A stretch of DNA of 64,000 nucleotides. Origin: Cenococcum geophilum. Its lineage: Eukaryota. Position numbers and translations under genes: made by a program. Below, one piece after another: positions 27,075-38,265 of this stretch; position 1 is the first letter of the stretch; each line of letters starts with the position of its first letter. The notes beneath the pieces were generated by a model. It was not told where the DNA came from and made no database searches. It worked only from the letters and a program-made list of their open reading frames with translations. The stretch spans positions 13,516,001 to 13,580,000 of the forward strand of contig CP158635.1 in assembly GCA_050273025.1 (NCBI GenBank), read 5' to 3'.

Positions 27075-27590
27075 GTAATTAACATGCAATTTGACCAACT
27101 CGACACGCAATTAACCAACTTGATACGCAATTAACCAACTTGACACGTAATTTGACCAACTCAATACGTAGTTAACCTACTTAACATGCAATTTAACTAA
27201 CTTAACACGCAGTTGACCTACTTAATATATAATTTAACTAACTTAACACGCAGTTAACCTACTTAATATGCAATTTAACTAACTTAACACGCAGTTAACC
27301 TACTTAACATACAATTTAACTAACTTAATACGCAGTTAACCTACTTAATATGCAATTTAACTAACTTAATACACAGTTAACCTACTTAATATGCAATTTA
27401 ACTAACTTAATACGCAGTTAACCTATTTAATATATAATTTAACTAACTTAATACGCAGTTAACCTATTTAATATATAATTTAACTAACTTAATACGTAGT
27501 TGACCTACTTAATATATTTAAAAGTTAAATAACACGTAGTTAACCTACTTAACAACTTTAAAAGCTAACTGTATATTCCTTAACATGCAA
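27075..27590. repeat. Minisatellite of alternating 20/21-bp units (TTAACACGCAGTTAACCTAC / TTAATATGCAATTTAACTAAC)
   Basis: Tandem array visible directly. Confidence 0.9.
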
Positions 27591-27644
27591 TTAAGGTAAA
27601 GTTATATGCTAATTACGCAAATGAATTTTTATACAGTTTTATTA

Positions 27645-28107
27645 CTTAGAGGCTCTGTATAAGGCTCTACACAAAGCTCTATATAAAGCTCTGCGTATAG
27701 AGGCTCTGCACGAAGCTCTGCACGAAGCTCTGTATAAAGCTCTATATAAAGCTCTGCACGAAGCTTTGCACGAAGCTCTACACAAAGCTCTGTATAAAGC
27801 TCTGCATAAAGCTCTGCACGAAGCTCTGTACGAAGCTCTATATAAAGCTCTGCACGAAGCTCTGTATAAAGCTCTGCACGAAGCTCTGCACGAAGTTCTA
27901 TATAAAGCTCTACACGAAGCTTTGTATAAGGCTCTACACGAGGCTCTATATAAAGCTCTACGTATAAAGGCTCTACCCAAAGCTCTACGTATAGAGGCTC
28001 TACGCGAAGCTCTGCGTATAAAGGCTCTGCACGAGGCTCTGCACGAAGCTCTACATAAGGCTCTACGCGAAGCTCTATATATAGAGGCTCTACATAAAGC
28101 TCTGCAT
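27645..28107. repeat. 12-bp minisatellite (GAAGCTCTGCAC and RIP variants)
   Basis: Tandem array visible directly; source of the HEAL/YKAL repeat ORFs. Confidence 0.9.
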
Positions 28108-28224
28108 CGGGTCCCCGCTATATTCCCAATAGCCTCTCCTATATAGCCACCTTATTTTTTTTATCCATCTATCCTTCTTTATATCCTCCCTACCTAGGGA
28201 GGCACCAGAATGGCAGCTAGTAGA

Positions 28225-28620
28225 GGACTGTCGCCAGAACTAGACGATTGTTACTAGAACGGCAGCTAGCAGAGGACCGTCGCTAGAACTAGACAACCGT
28301 TACTAGAACCAGACGACTGTCGCCGTCGCCAGAACTAGAACACCGTTATTAGAACTAGACGACCGTTGCTAGAATAAGACGACCGTCGCCAGAACTAGAC
28401 GACTATCGCTAAAACTAGACAACCATTATTAGAACTAGACAACCGTTGCCGTCGCCAGACGACCGTTACTAGAACCACACAACCGTCGCCAGACGACCGT
28501 CGCCAGAGCTAGACGACCGTCGCTAGAACTAGACGATTATTGCTAGAACTAGACAACCGTTACTAAAACTAGATAACCGTCGCTAGAACCAGACGACCGT
28601 CGCCAAAGCTAGACGATAAC
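28225..28620. repeat. ~20-bp minisatellite (GACCGTCGCCAGAACTAGAC)
   Basis: Tandem array visible directly. Confidence 0.9.
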
Positions 28621-28679
28621 GACTAGCCAGTAAACACTATAAATGATTTAATCGATCGATTGAATTAAGGCAGTATAGA

Positions 28680-29100
28680 CAGGTAGGCATAAATAGGGAG
28701 ATACTAACGGGTAGGCAGATGCTAATAGGTAGGCAGATGCAGACTGGTAATTAGATATAGATAGGCAAGCAGATGCAGATAGGTAAGTAAATGCTGACGG
28801 GTAGACAAATATAGATAGGTAGGCAGATATAAATAGGTAGGCGATATAAATAGGTAGGCGATGTAGACAGGTAGGCAATGCAGATAGGTAGGTGATATAG
28901 ATAGGTAAGTAATGTAAACAGGTAGGCGATACAGATAGGTAGGCGATGTAGATAGGTAGGCAATATAGATAGGTAGGCGATATAGATAGGTAGGCAATGC
29001 AGATAGGTAGGCGATATAGATAGGTAGGCAATGTAAACAGGTAGGCGATGTAGGTAGGTAGGTAGATAGGTAGGTAGGTAAGTTAATAGGTAGATAGGTA
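28680..29100. repeat. ~18-bp minisatellite (AGATAGGTAGGCGATGT-type)
   Basis: Tandem array visible directly. Confidence 0.9.
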
Positions 29101-31825
29101 GAAGAGAACCATTGCTATATTATATTAAATTATCTAAAATAATATTTATTTTGCTAGCCTTATAAATAGCCTTAAAGTAGCTTTTATTTATTTAAAATAT
29201 GCTATTAGTATAAAAGAGGTAAATATAATTGTGGTTGCCAAATACGTAGATTGCTAGCAGGTTTCGCGTAGGTTACGCGTAGGCTACGCGCAGGCTGCGT
29301 GTCAAAAAAACACGATATAGGCTAGTCGGTCGAGTTGCCAAATGCCCTCAACTGCGCGCCAATTGCGTCAACCACTAACCATTGAGGCTATTGGTAGGGT
29401 ACCATATTTTGCCGATATAGTACTATTCGCACGTAGTGCGTATATGCTTTATAGTTATTAGAGTAGACTATAATGTTATTAAGGTAGACTATATATATTA
29501 TATCTAATAGGCCTAATAATGCCTTATTAATATAGGCCTAAAATATCGCTAGTGCGTTAGTGAGCCCAAATGGCATTACTAGGTACTTAAAGTGGCCGTA
29601 CTATATTCGGAACGCCGTTTTCTACTTATCGCCGGCTTTAATCCGGATTTAATGGTATATATCTTTTAGATCCAATTATATAAATATCTTTACGCCCAAT
29701 AGCCTATTAATAAGCTCCCCTATTAAGGGTAACAGGTAGCAATTCTTTATAGTAATTTTATTTAGCGCCTAATAGTCAACATAGAGGCGAAGGGTCCCGT
29801 CCTTCTTAGGTATAAATATAATTAGTGCCCCTGCCGGGCTTATAGAGGACCAAATCTATCCTCTCTAAAGATTGTCCACTATATATTAATGTAGTACCGC
29901 TAGCTTATTTTCTAATAGGTTATACAGTAGTCTAAAAAAAGGTTATTTATCTCCTGTGTTTATTTTATGCTCAACTAATATAGGGTTAGGTAAGATTTGT
30001 GCAGCCTCTTTACTAAAAATATCCTCTAAGTCTGTATATTCCTGTAGAATCTCTAGTTCCTTAACTACGTATAGCCGGATATCTAAAAATAAATATCCCG
30101 TATCCCCGTTCTTGGTATTAAGAGTAGCATATATAGCATATACCCACCCTTCTTCTTATATATGGTTTAAGAAAGTCTCTTAATCTTTAACTATAATGCG
30201 CGGTTAAGACTTCCGATGTTAATATAAGGCTAAAGGCCAATTAATGTCCGGATTAACTTAGTAAAGCTATAGGTATCCCAAAATAAGGTTATACCCCTTA
30301 ATTTCTATAGCATAGAAGCGCATCTCCTATATATCCCATAGACTATCGCGGTCCTAGCTGGCCATAGAAAAAGCCTACTCCCCGTAGTATGGAATCCGGT
30401 AGCCTTTAATGCTTTAAACAGTGCGCACCTACGAGCCGCTAAGGTCCAAATCTAATTCTTTTACTAGTAATTAAGAAATAAACCCTATACTCGCGCCACT
30501 GTCCACAAGGCAGTCTCGCGTTACCCATTTATTATTAACTTAAATAGAAACAGGAATAACCATACGGCAGTTTACTCTCTCTTTCTTTTACTAGCCTAGT
30601 ATAAGGGAGTAAAGATCTACTAGGCTGTCTTTTTTCCCAATTAGGCTAACTCTTACTTTTTTTACCAGTAGAAGCGGCTTATATAGCCCTTCTTGCCGTA
30701 GTTATAACAGGTACATGTCTCCCGGTTCCCCTCCTGCGGATTAGGTCTCTGCCTATTATTATTTTAAGGTTAACTAGCATTACTCTAGAGCTATAAGGCC
30801 TACTTATGTTGTCCTTTTATAGAGCGGTTAGGTCGGAATCTACCCCTATTACTAAAGCTAGGTCTAGTCCTACGCTCTTTATTATTAGCGTCTCATTCCT
30901 TTTACTTACCTAAATAGTCTCTTTTAGCACTCTTAATCTAAGTAGCTTTAGAGATAAGCTTTTCTTAAGAGGTAGGAATTTCGCCCTTCTTTTATATGGC
31001 CTATTAAATCTTAGGTTATAGCTTAGTAAGTAGCTGGTAAAGTTATATAGCGTTATCCTATAGATTTAAGTAGGGTATATTATCTTCTAGTTCTTATAAG
31101 TAGTTTATAAACTGGACCACAGTCTAACCATCCTGCTGTTTAGCGTCGTGGTATCACTAGTTATAGTCCATCCCTTAATTAGTAGGGTCTTAGACCTAAT
31201 TAACCAACTAGGTCCTAAGTTTGCTAAATTTAAGAAGTATAGTAAGTTTCTTCTTATAGCGTGTCTATAAACTCTTAACGGTGCTACATAGGAAGGTAAA
31301 AGCAATTAGTGTTTAATTATACTCGTTAGAGTAACGTTTCGGATCTAGCCAAAACTTAGTTTTATATTATTGGATAAAACGATTATAGTTCCGAAGACTA
31401 TCACTATAGTACTTATTAGGTTCCTTTATACGGAATTTAGGTTTTTTTAACGTTATAGCATAGTATAGCGTTACCCCTTTAAGTCTACTTCGTATCTAGG
31501 GTATCTGTACTTCCCCCAATTATCCTTATAATTGTTCTTAGTAGTTTTAATATACTTATCTTAATTATATCTCTAACTCCTTTGTTTTTTATAGGGTCTT
31601 ATATAGCAACCGCTCCAATAACTCCCCAGCGGTAATTGTTCCTAAGGGTCTCGCAAGGTTAGACGGACCAGCCGTGGCTTCTTTGTAGGAAGAGGAAATA
31701 CGCTCCTCTAGGGAGACTCTTTAAGCCTCTTACGGTAAGGGCGTTGCTTCATAGGGTATAGGAGTATAGTCCGTTATTGTTAATTAATAGCCGTACGTTC
31801 CTAACGGATTATAAGCAATTAGAAT

Positions 31826-32155
31826 TATAAAAGGCCAGCCTAACTAGAACGTATAATTATCTAATTAATAGTATTACTGGTAAGTAGAAGGTAAGTTAAA
31901 GGTAAGTTAAAGGTAAGTTAAAGGTAGAATAAGTTTTATGTATTAAAGGGTAAATGCTTTTAACCACTTCTATTTAGAGACTAATCGCTAGTTCTTCTCT
32001 AGAGGGGAATTAGCTTCCTATATGTTCCTTCTAAAACGCTAGTAAAACCTTTCGCCCCTAACCTGTTTGACTGTGTCTTCTAGAACATAGATAGGACATA
32101 GATGAAACCTCCTACCGTCTTATCGGATATGTACCTCCCGGGGGATTCCGTTACA
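31826..32155 (-). repeat. 5' LTR of Gypsy A (330 bp)
   Basis: Direct repeat of 16480-16820; ends CCGTTACA followed by TSD. Confidence 0.95.
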
Positions 32156-32340
32156 TTATACTATAGCTTTTCTAACTTTACTCTTAATTTTATAAAGCTT
32201 TAATAATTTCTTCTATATTCTAAAGAGTATAGTCTTTTATTATTATTTTTAAGCACTATTATTTATTATAGATTTTAGATTCTAATTTTAAATAATAAAG
32301 TACTTTTTAGTTTCTTATATAGAACTAATTACTATTACCC

Positions 32341-34480
32341 CTAAGGCCTATAATAGGCTAGGTAGGTATAGATAATACTACCTTACTTTTTACTTAGTTA
32401 CTAAATAGGTATATAAAAAAGTATATATCTATAAATAATTAACCCCTATTAGGTAATACTTAAAGACCTTATTACGTAAAGAAAAGAGGGGGGAAAGGTA
32501 TTATAGTAGATATTATAGTAGATATAAAGCTTTAGTAGAGCTTTAATAAAGCTCTATACGGAGCTCCGTGTATAGCTTTAGTAGAGCTTTATATAGACCC
32601 TTAGTAGAGCTCTATATAGAGCTTTAAAAGAGCTTCGCAGAGAGCCTTAAGCAGAGCTTTATGCAGAGCTTTAAGTAGAGCCTTTAGTAGAGCTCTATGC
32701 GGAGTCTTAGCAGAGTTTGTATAAAGCTTCAAGGGAGCTTCACAGAGAGCCTTAAGCAGAGCTTCGAGCAGAGCTTCGAGCAGAGCTTCGTGCAGAGCCT
32801 CAAGCAGAGCTTCAAGCAGAGCTTCGTGCAGAGCCTCAAGCAGAGCTTCAAGCAGAGCTTCAAGCAGAGCTTCGTGCAGAGCTTCGAGCAGAGTTCCGTG
32901 CAGAGCTTCGAGCAGAGCCTTTGGTAGAGCTCCATGCGGAGCTTCGGTAGAGCTCTACGCGGAGCTTCGGTAGAGCTCTATGCGGAGTCTTGGCAGAGCT
33001 TCGCAGAGAGCTCTGAGGGAGCTTCGCAGAGAGCCTCTGGCAGAGCCTTTGGCAGAGCTCCGTACAGAGCCTTTGGTTAAGCCTCTGACTCAGTTTTAGT
33101 ACGTGCTGTATTTAACCGAGAGTCTACTAATCTATAATAACTCTAGCTTAAAGCTAAACTCCATAATTAATTTCCCTAGCTACCAAAGCTTTACTAGGGG
33201 CTCTGCACGGGGCTGTGCACGGGGCTGTGCACGGGGCTTTTACAGGCTCTGCATGAGCTCTGTGCGGGCTGTCTACGGAGCTCTACCAAAGGCTCTGCAC
33301 GAAGCTCTGCCAGAGGCTCTCTGCGAAGCTCCCTCAGAGCTCTCTGCGAAGCTCTGCCAAGACTCCGCATAGAGCTCTACCGAAGCTCCGCGTAGAGCTC
33401 TACCGAAGCTCCGCATGGAGCTCTACCAAAGGCTCTGCTCGAAGCTCTGCACGAAGCTCTACTCGAAGCTCTGCTCGAAGCTCTGCACGGAACTCTGCTC
33501 GAAGCTCTGCACGGAACTCTGCTCGAAGCTCTGCACGGAACTCTGCTCGAAGCTCTGCACGAAGCTCTGCTTGAAGCTCTGCTTGAAGCTCTGCTTGAGG
33601 CTCTGCACGAAGCTCTGCTTGAAGCTCTGCTTGAGGCTCTGCACGAAGCTCTGCTCGAAGCTCTGCTCGAAGCTCTGCTCGAAGCTCTGCTCGAAGCTCT
33701 GCTCGAAGCTCTGCTCGAAGCTCTGCTCGAAGCTCTGCTCGAAGCTCTGCATGGAGCTCTGCTCAAAGGTCTGCTTAAGGCTCTGCACAAAGGTCTGCTT
33801 AAGGCTCTCTGCAACGTTCCCTTAAAGCTCCACGTAGAGCTCTACCAAGGCTCTACACGGAGCGCTACTAAAGCTATATATGGAGCTCTACATAAAGCTC
33901 TACCGAAGCTCCGTACGGAACTTTACTAAAGGCTCTACTTAAAGCTCTATATAAAGCTCTGCTTAAGGCTCTCTATAAAGCTCCCTTAAAGCTTTATATA
34001 AAGACTCTATATAAAGCTATACTGAAGCTCTATATAGAACTCTACTAAGGCCCTATATAGGGCTCTACTAAGGCTCTATATAGAGCTCTATACGGGACTC
34101 TACTAAGGCTCTATATAGGGTTCTACTAAAGCTCTATATAAAGCTATACTAAAGCTTTATATAAGGCTCTACTATAGCTTTATATAGAGCTCTATATCTA
34201 CTATAGATTAGATTAAAGTAATTTTTATTAATATTTAGTTCCTATATAAAATAATATTATACTAAATTAGTATTAGGCCATATAAAACTATTAAGCCTTA
34301 ATTAGTAGGAAGTAGATTCTATTTATAAAAAGTAGATATATAATAGGGATTAATTATTTATAAGTAATCCTTTTAAGATATTTAAATATTTATATATACG
34401 TTTTTATAGACCTATTTTATAAATAAGTAAGGAGTAAAGTAGTATTACCTATACCTATCTAACCTATTATAGGGTTTATA
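32341..34480. repeat. Large imperfect palindrome built from the 12-bp GAAGCTCTGC(T/A)C satellite around a ~100-bp unique spacer (~33085-33185)
   Basis: 32897-33046 is the exact reverse complement of 33304-33453; outer unique flanks 32341-32450 and 34341-34480 are also inverted homologues. Confidence 0.9.
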
Positions 34481-34797
34481 CTTATAGTTAAACCTATTAA
34501 AACTCTAGAACTTATAGCTTTTTAAAGTATATCTTTTTAAAATTAAAAACTTATAAGTTAATATAGTAAATAGTTTATTTTTTATTAAAAAAAGGTATAT
34601 TAATTAATTTTTAGTAATATAGCTATACATTAAGTAAAGCTACTTTATATTAAGTAGGGTAGACCTATAAAATATAGTAGCTAAATATAGAAATATTTAA
34701 TATTAGTACTTATAAGTTTTTAACCTTAGTATATTTATATAGGTAATAAACTTACCTTTTAGTAAGGCTTTAGTAAGGCCGGTTACTATCTATTTTT

Positions 34798-34882
34798 GCC
34801 CGCGAAGCCCTACTGCACGCGTCCACGTCGCCGCGGGTGGAAACATCATCAGGAATTCGTTCCTTTTGATGGCTAAGTGCAG
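34798..34882 (+). ncRNA. HDV-like self-cleaving ribozyme (predicted)
   Basis: P1 GCCCGCG/CGCGGGT with G1.U wobble; P2 CTGCAC/GTGCAG; P3 GCG/CGC; L3 TCCACGT; P1.1 CC/GG; P4 CATCA..AGGAA-TTCG-TTCCT..TGATG; J4/2 GCTAA with candidate catalytic C34873; G1 is the first base after the TSD. Confidence 0.9.
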
Positions 34883-36880
34883 AGGCGATGGTAGGGAGCC
34901 GTCGCAGCGCATGCAACGCGCTGTCGTCGCGGTTCTGTGGTGTTGAGCCCGCGACGCGTACCAAAGCATCGCCCTTAACAACACCAGGAGCCTTACTGCC
35001 TCCGCTTGAGGCTCCTGCTCTACTACCTAGGGAGGCTTATCAAGGGAAACTGGGATATGAAAACCACCCGATGTACGACTACCTGGCTCGTAGCCAGGCC
35101 CGAAACTGGTCTTATCATAGCCAGTCGATGTGGACGCGCCCTAGGCGTACAACAGGACACCCTTAGGCTTGCACTAGCTCTGAGATCGTAAAGGGATGCG
35201 GCGAGGGCGTAGGGAACCTCTTTTTATAAGAACTTGTTAAGGTTAACGCGTCGCAGGCACCTCGTACGAAACTTGTTAAGGCCCCAAGGCCACCGCGAAG
35301 AACTTGTTAAGGCCCTGCCTAGAGAACTCGTTAAGGCCCCTCTACGAGGGCCTATCTGGTACTACTCGACACTCAGGTGACTCAGAAGAGGGTCTTAATA
35401 GGCGTGGTGCGCGCGACCTGGACGACAGACGCGACAGCGACGCGACGGCGACGCGACGGCGACCAGACGGCTCGACGAGGTGGAAACACGGGCAAAGCTC
35501 TAGGCAGCGGAAACACAGGCCAGCTTCGACGGCCCCATGGCGTTCGACCAGGTGACTCACAGGAGGGTCTTAATAGGCGTGGTGCACGCAACCTAACGCG
35601 TATATATATGGGGGAGGCTCTAAGGAAACACAGGCCAGTCGGACGAGGTCCTCGACAGTTAGAGACACAGGCCAGCTTATAAAAAGGGGGGACACAAGCT
35701 TAGTTAGTAGGAGAGGGGGGAATAGGTCGCCTGGCACGAGACCTAGTCTATAGCCCCCTCTTGCAAGACACGGTCGGCCTATTATAAGGAGACTCTTACA
35801 GGTAACGCGAAACGGAAACTAAAAGGCCCGCGGGGCGTAGTACGTAGTAGCCGCTGCTAGCTCTAGGGACCTTACCCCTTAGCTAGGCTCTGACCCCTAG
35901 TGCACCTAGTAGGCAGGCAGGATCACGTCCTAGCTAGAGAGACTACTACGTAGCTCAAGAGAACGGATACGCGTGTCGGTGTACTAATAGACAGGACTGC
36001 TCGCTAGGGCAGTACGCTAGTAAGGGACGCTTAAGGAGCAAACAGGAGTTACTTAGGCGGGAGAGGTTTTAGCTAGGCCTTAACCGTAGAAGGTATACCT
36101 AGCTACATTGCAGGATACAGCCACGACGCCCTCGTAGGACTACGCCAGTAGGCGCGTAAGACGGAAGTTGCGACCCCTGCAAATGGCAGCTTATGCCCGC
36201 GCTAGCGGAAATAATAAAGAGAAGCGTAAAACTAGAGGCTATGGAAGGCTCCTAAGCCGTGCGAAAGCGTACCAACTCTAGGAGGAAACTCTTATATAGA
36301 CCGCTGGGGGGCGGACTAGTACTCGGGCCAATCCCGTTATAAGATATCTGAAAGAACTAGTAAGAATCCCCGTATTAGGTAGTAACAGCCAACTGCTTAT
36401 AGACTAGGACTAAAGTACCAAAAAACTGGGGTAGAGGCCTAGATAAGTAGGTGTATTAAACTCTACTATATTACTAGCTAATATATAACTACCTGCCTTA
36501 ACCACACATGCAACCTTACCAAAAGGTAGCGCCACACTCCAAAACTTACGCATACCCATCTTACCATCAAAAACAATCGATTTTCTAACTTTTAAGACCT
36601 AATTCCTACTGCCTAGCGAGCTAGAGGTGGATTTATTTGTCGTTTTACCCCCTTTTCCTAACAGAAAATTTTCTTTAAGGGTGGCCCTAGCTTATAAGCG
36701 AGGCACGGACAGGAACACTATACCTACTACCACCACCACTAATACCAAAACTACAAAATAGGGGCTAGTTTCTCTACTACCTCTTAGCCTAATCTCCCCA
36801 GAAATCTTCTAGTAGGATTAGTAAGGAGAAAAGGGTATAAGGACAGTAAAAACTAGGAAAACCCCTTTATAAGACACATA

Positions 36881-38265
36881 ATGCTAAGGCCCGGTAGGCC
36901 TAAAAAGAAACCTCCTATAGAAATAAGTGATAATAAGTCTATATCTACACTTACTTTTTCTGCCCCTTCTCCTTCCCCTAGCCTATTTGGGACAGGAGAA
37001 AAAAGAGGACATCCTTAGTCTTCTACTGAAAAAGAAAACTAAAAACCTGCAAAAAAGACAACCAAAATGAGGACTTTTATGGCTGGTATACAGAGTATAT
37101 CTTTTACTCCCCTTTCTCCAGAATAACACCTACAAAAGGCTCTAGATAGCCTAACCCAGGCCTATAAAGGGCTAGAAGAAAAAGAAGAAGAAGAAGAAGA
37201 AAATAAAAAGGAATAAATTAAACAGCTAGAGGACTATACACGTAGTGTTCTAGTAGGAGAAAACCCCTTTATAAAAGGAAAAGAAAAGACAAACAATGTC
37301 CTAAAAGGACTAGTCGAAGAAGTAAGAGCTCTCCGTAAGGAGGTAGCCCCTACTAAAGAAACCTACGCAGAGAGGCTAAAGAAGGACCTCTCTACTTCGT
37401 CCTCTCTACCCTCCTTATCACTACCATTTCCTACTCCTTCTACTTCTACTAGAAGTAAGAAAAAGCAGCTATAAGAAAGAAAGCTAGTCTTAATTACAAA
37501 CTAAAAGGACTAACCTTTAGATACCTTCGCTATACGAAATAAAGTCAATTAACTATTTACATTAAAACTGTAAGTAGAAAAACCTGTTTTAGTATCTATA
37601 ACTAGAACTAAAGGAAAACAAAATATTCTCCTTATAACTACGGAAGAGTATAATGCGGATTTCCTAGTTAAATATAAAGAAATCTGGCATAACTGCTTTA
37701 CCTTTTAAAGAGAACAAAAACTAGAACCTTGGGTTTAAATTATAGCCCATGGGGTTCCTACCCTACCTTTCTTAGGAGAAGGAGGCTCTAAGTTCTAAAA
37801 GAAGAAATTGAGACCTTTAATCCTATAAGGATATAAGGACTACCTAGATGGATCTTATCTAGTGTAAAAAGACACGATCCACAGATTAGATTTAGCTCTA
37901 TAGTTTTTACTATAGAGAACGAAGAAAAAGGACAAGAAATCCTTAAGTAAAAAGAGATATCAATTGCAGGTACAGCTACTAAGGTAGTAAAATACCTCGA
38001 AGTCTCTCCCACTACGCAGTGTACGAGCTGCCAAAAATTTGGCCATATAGGAGATAGGTGCTCTACTAGGGCCTACAGATACTATGCGGCTGTACATTTA
38101 TCTAAAGACTATTCCTGTTCTACCTGTATAATAACAGGCAAGCCTTGCCAGCATACCACCCCTCTTTGCATTAATTGTAAAGAAAAACACTTTGCTAATA
38201 GTAAAGACTGCGAGACTCTTAAAGCTGCTAAACTAGTACGCGAAGAAGAATCTATGGAAGAATAA
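36881..38265 (+). pseudogene. LINE ORF1-like gag protein of a second LINE family, with no ORF2 downstream; RIP stops and frameshifts
   Basis: ETYAERLK, IAHGVPT, GLPRW, SSIVF, QCTSCQKFGHIGDRC...CSTC...CQH...CINCKEKHFANSKDC; followed by only ~310 bp before the A tail; start approximate. Confidence 0.85.

Larger units (their letters stand above)
27018..29417. mobile_element. Non-autonomous TIR DNA element (same family as 3646-4966, opposite orientation), inserted in the Gypsy A RT
   Basis: Termini CATCGGGAAAATAT and ATATTTTGCCGATA; 2-bp TSD TA; removal restores RT VRIVLERLRE on the minus strand. Confidence 0.8.
16480..32155 (-). mobile_element. Ty3/Gypsy chromovirus A, complete, carrying a nested LINE and a nested TIR element
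   Basis: LTRs 16480-16820 and 31826-32155; TSD TTATA (16475-16479 and 32156-32160); PPT at 16821-16834; gag CCHC ~30690; LVDSGAS ~30500; RT KKDGTLRL ~29795 and YLDDIIVYS ~29475; RNase H ~26300-26650; integrase split by LINE copy 2; chromodomain ~18850-18965. Confidence 0.95.

Noticed and set aside
27075..29100. CRISPR array
   Set aside because: Contiguous tandem units without unique spacers, no cas genes, eukaryotic RIP context.
27642..33825. Repeat-rich ORFs in the track ([27 protein letters not shown]) as real proteins
   Set aside because: They are open in several frames and on both strands only because the 12- and 18-bp minisatellite units lack stops; no non-repetitive domain.
34838..34853. 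Hammerhead ribozyme on the minus strand (CTGATGA)
   Set aside because: No correctly placed GAAA core or closing stems; the bases are explained by P4 of the plus-strand HDV fold.
34770..35682. Short GC-rich ORFs in the leader as coding genes
   Set aside because: Frames differ between the two copies because of indels; no recognisable domain; the 5' part is explained by RNA structure.
36230..36410. Group I intron (P4/P5-like pairing; R-like GCTTATAGACTAG)
   Set aside because: No P3 partner or downstream S/P7' element found, and the indel versus copy 2 is not a clean U|...G excision.
34798..36498. Telomerase RNA origin of the leader
   Set aside because: Size and the ATAAGT motif are suggestive, but I found no TAACCCTAA template and no Sm-type U-tract before the motif.
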